Below, piece after piece: positions 27,672 to 39,178 of a stretch of DNA of 64,000 nucleotides. This DNA is from Epiperipatus broadwayi (taxonomy: Eukaryota; Animalia; Onychophora): contig JAQFVV010000004.1 of NCBI GenBank assembly GCA_028023455.1, positions 26,536,001 to 26,600,000 of the forward strand, read 5' to 3'. Within the stretch, counting starts at the first letter, position 1; the number at the start of each line of letters is the position of its first letter. Below the pieces are notes generated by a model, which saw only the letters and a list, made by a program, of their open reading frames with translations, did no database searches and was not told the DNA's origin. The translations under genes were made by a program, and so were the position numbers.

Positions 27672-28880
27672 TTTCAACAATAGTTCATTAATTCCTCTAT
27701 GAGAATAAGCTTGTAAACATTCTAATTCAATAATAGTTCATTTTGAATTCATTTATGAGAATAAGCTTGTGAATATTCTAATTCAACGATAGTTCATTAA
27801 TTCTTTTATGAGAAGAAGCTTGGGATTATTCTGATTCAACAATAGTTCATTCCGAATTCATTTAATAGTTCATTTTGAATTCACTTAAGAGAAGAACCTT
27901 AGAAGCAGTCTAGCATTTATGGTTTATCCAATAATTCATTTTGAATTCATTTATGTGTAGAAGCTTAGAAGTATTCCAATTCAACAATAATTTATTTTTG
28001 TATCCCTTTGTGAGAAGGAGCTTGGTAGCAGTTAAGCATTTATGATTTATATAACATTTCATTATTTAATGAGTCATTACTGATTGGTAAATATTTGAAC
28101 TCAACAATTCTTGGTTTGTAGAGCATTTATCATTTGATAATTGAGGCATTTATAATTTAGCCAAATGTAGAAGTATATTCTTACACATAAACTCTGTTAC
28201 ATTATAAGAAGTTTAGAAGCAATCAAGTATTTATGATTTATACAGCATTTCATCATTTTATGAATTATTACCGATTGGTAGACATTTAAATTCAACAATT
28301 CTTGGTTTGTAGGGCATTTATCACTTGATAATTGAGACATTTATAATTTAGTCAAATATAAAGGTATATTCATCTACATAAATTCTGTTTGGCTTATGGA
28401 GCACTTATCATTTAGTAATTAAAGCATTTATAATTTAGTCAAATATAAAGCTATATTCATATACATAAATTCTGTTTGGCTTGTGGAGCATTTATAATTT
28501 AGTCAAACATAAAGCTATATTCATATACATAAATTCTGTTTGGCTTGTGGAGCACTTATCACTTAGTAATTAAAGCATTTATAATTTAGTCAAATATAAA
28601 GCTATATTCATATACATAAATTCTGTTTGGCTTGTGGAGCATTTATAATTTAGTCAAACATAAAGCTATATTCATATACATAAATTCTGTTTGGCTTGTG
28701 GAGCATTTATAATTTAGTCAAACATAAAGCTATATTCATATACATAAACTCTGTTTGGCTTGTGGAGCATTTATAATTTGGTCAAACATGAAGCTATATT
28801 CATATACATAAACTCTGTTGGCTTGTGGAGCACTTATCATTTAGTAATTAAAGCATTTATAATTTAGTCAAATATAAAAG
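27672..28880. repeat. Compound minisatellite (~53 bp, ~190 bp, then 64/87 bp units), possibly inside an LTR starting TGTAAC at 27269
   Basis: Units starting aaa(t/c)tctgtttggcttgtggagca at 28380, 28467, 28531, 28618, 28682, 28746 and 28810. Upstream units contain ttcaacaatagttcatt...gagaa(t/g)aagctt. Confidence 0.9.
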
Positions 28881-30772
28881 TATAATAAAGGTGTCTTAAT
28901 ATTTATTGAACAAATTCTATGCAATTATTTCAAAACTTCACTTTGTAACGTATGATAATTATGTTTTAGTATTTTATAAAAATTACCTTCCAGTTTTACG
29001 GTCCATTTTATTCAAAAGAAGGCGGGTTATTTTATCGATGGAAAGTCATGGCATAGTGTGGAGAGAGTGGAGCTTCTAATTTATTCCAGTTTCATTATAA
29101 TTTCTCTAGTAAAACTTTTTTTTTTTATTTTCACGTTTTGTTAAAGCTCTCTGTGTAAGACGAGAGAGAGAAAAAAAGTTCTTTTTTCTTCAACGACGTG
29201 TCTAATTTGAATACTGCCTCAGTTTAACTCAAGTATCTTTTTTCTTTCTTTTTAATGATTGGATAATTAATTTCTCTTTTTTTTATTGAGACAGATAAAA
29301 AAAAAAAAAGACGATATAACATTTTATTCAAATCCATCAATATTAAAAACCAAAAATATGATTTTATTTTTCATTTTTAACGAATCACACTTTATTGCGT
29401 TTCCAATTAGACTGAATCACGCTAGACATTTTGAATGGGGGGGATCTTATGAATATTTATATGAGGAAACATATATGTTTCAATAAAAAAAACATTATTG
29501 TAATAAAATTATTAGATATTATATTGGTTATATTTAAATTTCTCTTATGATTAACATTTAGCTGATTGATTTATTCTTTTATTTTTGAATGGAGTTATTC
29601 AAATTTATTGCAATTGCATGTGCATTATTTTTAAACAGAAAAACAGACATAAACTATTATTATTTAAATTTATACCAAAACAATTTTAGTTTAGTCCATT
29701 AAAAATGTTTTATAATAATTAATATACAACCCAAAATGTATTATTGTGATGAAACAAAAACAACTCTCCTTTTTACTGCACCCAGTCTGATGCATTCTTT
29801 AATTTTATTTACCCTTTTATAAAATTATATACAAATATTATGTTATTATTTAAAAAGCTTTAAAGTGGAAGATAATATTTATAAAAAGAAAAAAGTTGTG
29901 ATACCCAGATAGTTGTCATTTATTATGTAACTTAGTTCAATTAGTGGTTGAGAGGTCAGCAACAGTTGCTTTACAAGCAGTTGTCCCAGGTTAGCGGGTT
30001 TGCTTCCCGTCTGATGCTATGACCCATGAGAAAAAAATATAAAAGTACAAGAATTTGATATAATCTTTATACTAATAAAGTTATGTGCAAAATACAACCA
30101 AATAATTATCATAAAAGCAGTAAAACTGTTGGCTAACAATAATAATGTATATGTTGAAACAAAACATTTGGTTTTCATTAAGCCAAAAAAAATTAGCAAG
30201 AAAATTGTCATTACAATATTTTTGTTAAAAGCAATGAAGTATGAAAGTAAAGACCAGATTTCTCAGCAATCATTTTGTTAATGTGCTTGTTATTCTAATC
30301 AATCTCAGAGAATTCCTTGTTACTTTATTATAAATAAAAAAATCACACCAATTGGTTTAGTAATAACAGGATCTGCAAGAAGAAAAAAGACAAATAATCA
30401 TAGAGAAACTGATGAAAAGTCATATTATCAATGTTCAAAGGTCAATTAATCTCATATTATTAATTGAAACTGTTTAGTTGTGATTTAATGCATCTGATAA
30501 GAAAAATAATATTAATTCAGTGATTAGCCTAAAACATTGAAATAGAATTTAGAAAGAAATAATAAGAGATAGTTTACTAAAAAAAAATGTCATTCAATGA
30601 TGAGTAATAGGTTAATGAAATAATATTTGCAAATATTCATTAAAAACTATTAAAATAAAAATAACTATTTCTGAATTTTAGAGCATATGATACAAGACAG
30701 AAAGTAAACAATCTAATCATTATTAAGATATTTAAAACAGTGCATAGTCTGTCCATGAGTATTGTATATAAC

Positions 30773-31225
30773 TTTATCTTTCTTATTGCATTGCAAATCT
30801 ATATAATTTTAATACCATCTATGTTATTACTTTTTACAATGCTTTTTTTTATAACTGACTGATGGTTTTGATTGCCCCAGCAATCTACTTCAGAACTTCT
30901 ACTTAAATATCTGAAGATTTTATCTTTCTTATTGCATTGCAAATCTATATAATTTTAATACCATCTATATTATTACTTTTTACAATGCTTTTTTTTATAA
31001 CTGACTGATGGTTTTGATTGCCCCAGCAATCTACTTCAGAACTTCTACTTAAATATCTGAAGATTGGTGATCAAAACCATCAGTGAGTTGTAAAAAAGCA
31101 TTGTAAGAAGTAGAAGTTCTGAGATTGTGGGGGCAATTCAAACTGCCAGTGGGTTGTAAAAAAGCATTGTAAAAAGTAATAAAGAACATAGATGGTATTA
31201 ATATTGAATATAATAGGAAAAGATT
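30773..31225. repeat. 146 bp tandem duplication followed by inverted partial copies
   Basis: tttatctttcttattgc...ctgaagatt at 30773-30918 and 30919-31064; 31066-31225 holds two reverse-complement pieces of the same unit. Confidence 0.9.
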
Positions 31226-32762
31226 GTAAGAAAAAATGTATATGGCTTAAATCTGAACATTAAAAATGAAAAAAGATATAATAACTATAATTTGTGTTAA
31301 ACTCATACTATTCTATAATTTCTCAATATTTTAAGATTTCAATTTTTAAATGCAGCTTACTGTTTTGAATGGCTGAATAAATATTTTATGATGAATTCTT
31401 CCTAATGTTTTGTTTTCATCATTTTAAAGTCAGCAGCTATTAAATTCATCAAGTGATTTTGAATTGTTCTATTCTTCATAGGATTTTAATTATATAATTT
31501 TTATTTTAAATGATGTTGACATTGTTGCATAAAAGTTTTTAAAAAGAAAAAAAAGGAATTTTGTGAAATATTTTTTATGTATGAAGAACTACTTGCTTTT
31601 TTATTCTTTATTATTGTAATTGAATATTTATAACATTATCTAATATCTTAATATTCTTGGTTTATCTAATATTCTATTATTTTCGCATATTCTTCTTTTA
31701 CAATTTATTTATAATAAATTTTACTTTACCTATGCTTTCAATATTTGTGTCTTTGCAGTAAAGTATATGCACATTTTGAAATTAATTGTCTTTCTACTTT
31801 TTTTAAACGTCACAAAGTCTGTCTATATCCAATTTAATACTAGATATTTGTTTAATCTTATCTTGAATGGAATCTCCAATTGTGGATATAAAGTTAAAAA
31901 ATAATCATTGAGTAGCAGTCTACATATGATTCAGTTTATTTTAATGTCCTCTGTCTTCTGTTGTTATCCATTGTCTTTGGCGTATGATTTACATTTTTAA
32001 AATTTTAGAACCATAATTATTATATTTTTTAATATACATATGTAACAAAGATAAGCATTCTTTCATAAAGGCATTCAACTTTCAAACAAATCAAACCAAT
32101 TTGTTAGAAAATATCACATTTTTGAGAAGAAAGATCATTTTCTTGGTCTTAAATCCAGAAATGAAAGTCGATAAGTTTAAAATACTGAATTATGTATTTT
32201 ATTGAGTAACCCATCTAAATTTTTTTAATAAAAGATCAATCATATGGTAATAATAACTCTAATGGCAAAATGTATAAACCAACCCAATTACTTCATTCTT
32301 TTTGCTTACTGCAATAAATAAAAACATTTTTTTTTCAATCCTAAAACCACCTATCATAATCTTGAATAATCAAAAGTGACTTAATGGTAGTGCAATTTTA
32401 TTATCTATCTTCAGAGCAGATTCTGAACTTTGGTTTTATCTTTCTGATAAAACCTTTTCTAGGCTTTGGATTTAATGTTGCAAACAATTCTGTTAAACAT
32501 ATAGCAAACAACATTTCATTCTTTTTATTATCAAAATAATAGTCTAAAATTCAGAAACTACTAAATGTCTGAATTAAAAAAAAAAATTATTTATATAATT
32601 ATATAAATTCATTATCTCTCTAGTTTCTGGATTTGTCTTTATCAGTGAGTATATATAGAATAAATATTAGAAAGTTGACATAATTAATCATTTCTGGTCA
32701 TAGAAAAAAATTAGTCTCTTTTCAATTTAAACAATTTTTTTGCCACCAAATTTTCATATTTT

Positions 32763-33422
32763 ATGTATTATATAGAGTATATGAGCACAGACTTTCACAT
32801 AACCCACTACTCTCTACATTATCTCATAACACTGATACACTTGAGCACATATGTTGAAAAGATAAATAAATCACCAATATACATATTTATGCTAAATCAG
32901 CAATCATCAGTTGGTCCAGATTACCATCTCTACACATATATGCTATAAGTGCTCAGATATATATTAAGATAGGCAAACTTCATATTTTAATGGACAGGCT
33001 TCAATCCACTCCACACTCCAACTCTTCAACCATCCATCCAATTGAAAATCTGATGATGGAAATGCTCGAAGGCCACCCTGAGGCCAAGATTCTTGTCACA
33101 CCCATGTTGACCTAAGGTTAATCATCATCAGATTTTCAATTGGATGGACGGTTGAAGAGTTGGAGTGTGGAGTGGATTGAAGCCTGTCCATTAAAGAATG
33201 AAGTTTGGCTACCTTAATATATATCTGATCACTTATAGCATATATGTGTAGAGATGGTAATCTGGACCAACTGATGATTGCTGGTTTAGCATGAAATACG
33301 TATATATTGGTGATTATTTATTTTTTCAACATATATGTGTTCAAGTGTATCAGTGTTATGAGATAGTGTAGAGAGTAGTGAGTTATGTGAAAGTCTGTGC
33401 TCATATACCCTATATATTACAT
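32763..33422. repeat. ~660 bp palindrome of two inverted copies of the hammerhead-like repeat family
   Basis: Arm 32763-33059 is the reverse complement of arm 33122-33422 (>90% by eye); ~60 bp spacer. Confidence 0.95.
33044..33092 (+). ncRNA. Type I hammerhead-ribozyme-like motif (degenerate copy)
   Basis: GAAAAT-CTGATGA-T-GGAAATGCTC-GAAG-GCC-ACCCTGA-GGC-CA-AGATTC: intact CUGAUGA core, GAA(A>G), paired helix III and partial helix I. Related copies at 56327-56372 (-) and 57555-57600 (+). Confidence 0.5.
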
Positions 33423-35174
33423 ATATAGACACAGGTATATAATAAGCCTGTGTGTTTCAGATATTTTATGTATGTAGAAGTCTACAATGTATACTTATCT
33501 AATGCTGAATATACAAAAATAATATATAATATGATTATTTATTACTCTTTCTCACAACACGAAAATTAAATACTATATATGTACTCTTACAATTCACACA
33601 TATATTATTTCTCTCTCACCAGGGTTTACTACCTAGGGTTAAGTTTTAGCATCCATGTGACTTCTTTTAATTTTACAATAGGTGCTGCTTGAATACAGAA
33701 AAAAAAATGTTCTCATTATTATAATATATTTTGAGAATTAAATGATATTGAAATGGAATTAGCCCTGATATGACTTTAAACATGTTTAAAATTGTCTTAA
33801 AATTTAATGTTGATTTAATATTTTGAAGTTTTAAAAAAGTTCACAATAATTGGGTATGTTAAAACAAAAAATATTATATAGCAATTTTGTTGACAAATTG
33901 TGTTCAGTAACTGATCTGAACATAAAAATTCAATTTTATAAATAATAAAAAAAGACATAATATTCCATTTTTTTGTAAAAAGAAATGTTATATCAAATAA
34001 TTTTAAAATTAAGCATTAATATTATGCATAATATAAGATAGGAGATATTTTTCTTATACATGGAGAAAGTTTACATCTTTTTACACAACAATATAATATT
34101 CTTTAGAGCTGATTGATTAACATATTTAATAGTATGTATTTAGATAATTATAGGATATGATGCAATCAAAAAATTATGTTTTTAAATATTAAATCTGATA
34201 TTTATTCTTGTCTCAGTTATAATAAAACTATATGAAAGTTGCATTTTATATTATCTGGACATCTTGGGCGCAGGAATTAGATTTCTCAGCACACATGTTG
34301 CTTCCTATTTTCACTATTGTAGTTGAAAGTATCAAAAATTCTCATCGTCATAATTCATTTGACTTGCATATTATATTCAAATTATCTAGTAGAATTATTA
34401 AAATCCGACACTTTACTACACATAAATACATAAAAGATAATTATATATGTCTGTCTTTATGAGTGAGTATAGAACTTTTCAGAATAAAATTTTAAAACGT
34501 ATTTTATACATTTTGATTAAGGTATTTAATTCTCTCAAAGAGAGAAAAAGATAAATTACTATTTTTCATTTAGTTCAATATTTTCTTTAAAAGTGACTTT
34601 TAAATTAAAAAATCGAGATAAAAAGGTAAGGAAAGAAGAAAATATAATAAAATCAATAGTTCGGTAGTATACAAAAGTAAAAAGAAATCAATAATTACTT
34701 TCCATAAAAATGAGTCGCTGACTTTTGTTGGTAAAGGATAATATTTATATGCTGAAATTGACATAGGAGTTTTTTTCAAATCTCTCATTGAAAAAATGAC
34801 AACTCAATAGTGGGTAATCCTAAAATCACTCCTTTTATTATCTCATTGAATAAAATCATTATAATTATTCAGTTGTTGAATTTTTTAATTATAAAATGAA
34901 TAAATAGTATAACTAAAACTTTTGAGCAGATTTTGTTTATTATCTAATTAATCAACTGACTAATGCCTCTAATAAATATTTGCAGTCAATTGTGATATGT
35001 TATTTCAAAGCTGTTATAAATCTTAAACTATAGCTCAATGTGAAATTTTTCAGACCAATCTTTCTTATAAAATATTTAACTTCTTCTCCTAGGCATGATG
35101 TAATTAATCATACATTTTTAAAAACCATTTTAATTAAAGTTCAACAAAAGAAGCTAAATATTTAAATATATATT

Positions 35175-36310
35175 TAAGGTCATCATTATTTTTGACCATT
35201 ATTTATCTATCATCCTTTTCAAATTTAATTCAGATTTTTTAATCCATAGTCTCTCTTCTTCACATTACACCAGTAAATGTTTTTATTTCAGTGTATTTTT
35301 GTATCTTTTATGATCTTTTGGAATTCAATTTAAAACTTCCATTTCCTATCTATTATTTCTTTTAGCAATATATCCTGCCCAGGTGCATTTGAGTATTTAT
35401 TTCTTTTCAATAATATTAGTAATACATGTTTGTTCTCTCACCTGCATATATTGTTTTGCATTTCTTTTTATAAATTTTACATATATCTCTCCATACTTCA
35501 TTAATGGACCCAAGTCTTTGTATTGTTCTTTTGTTAAACATCCACATCTCAGATTCACAAGTAAAAACTGGTAAAACACATATAATAAAAATCTTTCTTT
35601 TCAAATACTTACACATGTTTCTTTTTAATACTAAATTATTTTTTATAAAAACATTCCATCCAAGTTTAATTTTATAATTAATTTCAACCATCATATCTCC
35701 ATATGTATTTATAATCTATTCCAACTATTTGCAGTTGTTAACTTCTAATTTTGACTAATTTTATAATTAATTTCAACCATCATATTTCCATATGTATTTA
35801 TAATCTATTCCAACTATTTGCAGTTGTTAACTTCTAATTTTGACTATAAACCATTTTCTCTTAGGAAATCCACTGATCACTACTTTCAACTTTTTAATAT
35901 TTATCTTTAGTTCTACTTTTTTTAAATTTTCATCTGAGAACTCTTGCAACACTTTCTAAAACTTAAAACATTATTTGAAAAAGCAATATCATTTGTAAAA
36001 TCTAGATGACTTGAATAATATCTACTTATTTTTATTCCCTTAATTCTTAGCTTTTCATTTTAATTCACAAAATAGTTCTTGTAAAATTGCTGTAAAATGT
36101 TTTAGAGATATAGAATCACTATGTCATTTATCTTTCTCTTTAATATTCTTTTATCATTAAATAATGTAAACACCAAATATTCTTCAGAACATTACAATAT
36201 TTTGATAACAGAAATCACTAAAATGCCTATAGAATTAAATGACTTTTCATAATATATAAATGCAAAGCATATCGTATATTCATTAGTCCTTTCTATGATT
36301 TATCTCAAGA
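35175..36310 (-). mobile_element. RTE LINE, RT to 3' end, with internal 89 bp tandem duplication (35668-35846)
   Basis: Minus-strand motifs YEKSFNSI, ISLKHFTAILQELF, HLDFTNDIAF, EINYKIKLGW...LKRKIF..CVLPVFT (ORF 35416-35694), WAGYIA, and a short aatgatga tail. Homologous to 583-974. Confidence 0.85.
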
Positions 36311-37049
36311 CTCAAAGATGATCCACTATGCCAAACACTACATTTAAATTTAGCTCATTCTTTGGCTTGCTAGAATCCAAAGTTTATTATAGATGAATTG
36401 TATTTATTTGGTAAAGATTGTCTATAGAATTGGCTTCTGACTTTTTTCAATCATCTGGCATTTCTTTATCATTAAGAAATTTGATATATGGTGAAACGGT
36501 ATATTGTACCAGGTGGTTTTGTCTGTTCATATAACCAGAGCTAGTATCTAGGCAAAAGAACCTCAAGTCCAATGATGCACAAGCTACATAAGTCAGGAAC
36601 ACTCATGAACTCTACACTATTTGCCTATTTTCCAGATCTACCAACTTATGAGCAACAATCCCGATGATACCCGATCTAATTTTATCTCTCTCTGCCAGCA
36701 TTGCAAAGGGGAGACACAAAGAGACTATTTGGAAATGATAATATAGGATAGGTGGCAGATCATCTAATCATATTATGCCTAGTTTATTAATTGAAATAAA
36801 TGAGACTATGATTCTGAAAGTTTCGTTATATATATCTAAGATTTATTAACGTAAAGAAAATAAGCATGAGTAATTTTATTATAATAACACTTCATTTATT
36901 ATCATTGGCCTATTTACTTTTAGATCTAACATCAGATTTGTCTTATATAATTTAAGAAATCAGAAATATTCATTAATTTATTATTTTATTGCAGCTGATT
37001 TATATGCCAATAATCAATGAATTACAATATATATAAATACAAATTTGAA

Positions 37050-37715
37050 TAGTGCTATACTATGAGTATATTTAGGAACCCTTAATTACTCCTAGAGAGA
37101 AAATGGCACTTGACCGAATTTGCTCAATAAGGATTATTTAGTTTATTATAAAAATATGATTAACATTAGCAAATGGAATAACCTCAGCTTATGATGAGTA
37201 AGAAATGCATGTGGAAAAGTTGGTTTGAAATATATACAAATATGTCGCAAAATGGTGCCCACATGAGAAGATTAATAAATTATAAAGAAATTTGTTTAGT
37301 AAAATCAGAACATTATGGTTAGGGATATTCATAGGTTTTATTTGAAATGAAAACTAAGAGAGTGGTGCATGCATGGTGGCATATTTATGTGATCCAGACT
37401 TGAATCCTAAAGATTCTTTCAAATTTCATTGAAGAAGTAAAGACCGATTTATGTCTGCAACTTTGGCAGAATCAGCTTATTAAATGAAGAACAGTCCGCT
37501 GTGAGTTGCTGGGGGCCAGATATCCCAGAGAAATCCCATATAGAGCTAGCTCAAGCAACCAGAAAAGTCCCAAGGGGAGTTTATAGCCTTGTTCTTGGAG
37601 GTAATGAAACAGGGTTTGGCTTTCCGATATGCCCGGTGGAATGAAGCACAATATATATAAATGTGAATGAAGAAACCTGTATGCAAGCAATGCTTGGAAC
37701 AACATATATAAGAAT
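37050..37715 (+). mobile_element. Degenerate piggyBac-like (PGBD-type) transposase C-terminal remnant
   Basis: With frameshifts allowed: K..R(W)..H..AYLCD...LN, F.LQLAEQLI-like segment at ~37448-37480, and Cys-rich tail ICP...YKC..KKPVCKQCLEQH (37625-37705). Confidence 0.4.
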
Positions 37716-39001
37716 TTTAAGATATAATTATTTCATTATTAGCTATGTATTTGGAATATCCAGAATAATGGTATGATTGAGTTACTAAACAATAATGGAT
37801 AACTTAAATTAATTGATATAAATAATCTATCTAGAATTGAGAATTCCCCTCCTCTTATTACATTAACTTGCATATATAACTTCCGAAAAACATTGAAACA
37901 AAATATGAATCTTAGATTCTAAATGCGTTTATTACATTTTACAAATAATTACATGTATAGGAGTTAGGTGGTAGTTATTGAAATTTATTTCATCGATCAA
38001 AATATTTAATTTTAAATAACCACATTTTAAATTGGGAAAAACATTTCTTAGAATTACTTTTTAATTAGAAAAACAGATTTCTGTTCTGCTTTTTGACTGT
38101 AATATTAAGATATAATTAACTTGTTTTCTCCCAAACAGGCAAGCATCCACCGCAATGAAAACAACAAAATTGTTTTTAACTAATCATTAATTAATCTCCC
38201 CATGATAAGAAGAGGGGTTGAGAAAAAAAAGTGAACATACTTGCGAATTTAGAAGGTTATTGGCATATTATTTTCAAAATACAAAAATATAAAATATGGT
38301 AATAAAATTTATAAAATATTGCTGCCACATGAAATGAAATTATTATCTAACAGAAGATCAATGATAGGAGAGACTTTAATAGAGAGTTTATAGAGAGTTA
38401 AGTACATATTAAAAATCAGGTAAGAATTTACAAATCATTTTCAATTAATAGTTCATTTCTGATCTCAAGATAAGCTAAAAGAATTACAATACATTTAATA
38501 AATGGTTAATTCAAGAAATTCAGATTAAAGTTGAAATTATTTAATGAAAGTCTATAAGTTTTTAGGCAGCAACTGGAATTTATTACCTTAATCAATCATT
38601 ATTAGCGGTCCTCGGTTACTTGCAGCATCCATCAGAGACTACATCTAGCATTGATTCTTCTTTGTCAGGCAGGTATCATTTCCATTATTTAACTGGTATG
38701 TACATTTTATAGTTCATGGGTCCTGGACAATGATTTCTTTGGAAGACTGCTTGGGAATGGCAAGGAAAGATGGATCTTTCCTCTACTCATGAACATTGAT
38801 TTAAAATACGACGAGCGTAGACTTGCCTTGCCATTGCTCTTTTTAAAAATGGATCTCTCTTCTGTATTCAAATTTGGCCCCATTTATACATTTGTGGATA
38901 TTATTAAGGAATGCTTTTTAGTTATAAACCTGAGGCACTTTACATATCTTGGTGATGCAGACCGGATGCATGTTTTTGTTCTAAGCAAGTTATAAACAAT
39001 A

Positions 39002-39178
39002 CAATCCTGCCAAAATTTCCTGGAATGACTGTTTTAAAATCTAAAACAAACTGAAAATGGATAAAATTTCCACTAATTGATATTACACTATTTTTTTAAA
39101 ATTGTAAGATTTCTAATTTTGACTAATAGATTTCCTGCTAATTGATTTAATTGCATTTGAGAATATTTGGCAGGATTG
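39002..39178. mobile_element. Possible MITE with 13 bp terminal inverted repeats
   Basis: caatcctgccaaa (39002-39014) and tttggcaggattg (39166-39178); flanks TA and CA, so the TSD is imperfect. Confidence 0.4.

Noticed and set aside
28380-28880. Regular repeat array as CRISPR
   Set aside because: Units are contiguous with no unique spacers, there are no cas genes, and the context is eukaryotic.
29930-30015. tRNA-like sequence (tagtggttgag...gggtttgcttccc)
   Set aside because: Only loose A/B-box resemblance, no cloverleaf and no second copy in the window.
31057-31100. CTGAAGA...CAAAAC as a hammerhead
   Set aside because: It is created by the duplication/inversion junction; helices I and III do not pair.
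37390-37415. PDLNP.D as a Tc1/mariner motif
   Set aside because: Spacing to the candidate upstream QNGA motif is too long, and the surroundings fit a piggyBac C-terminus better.
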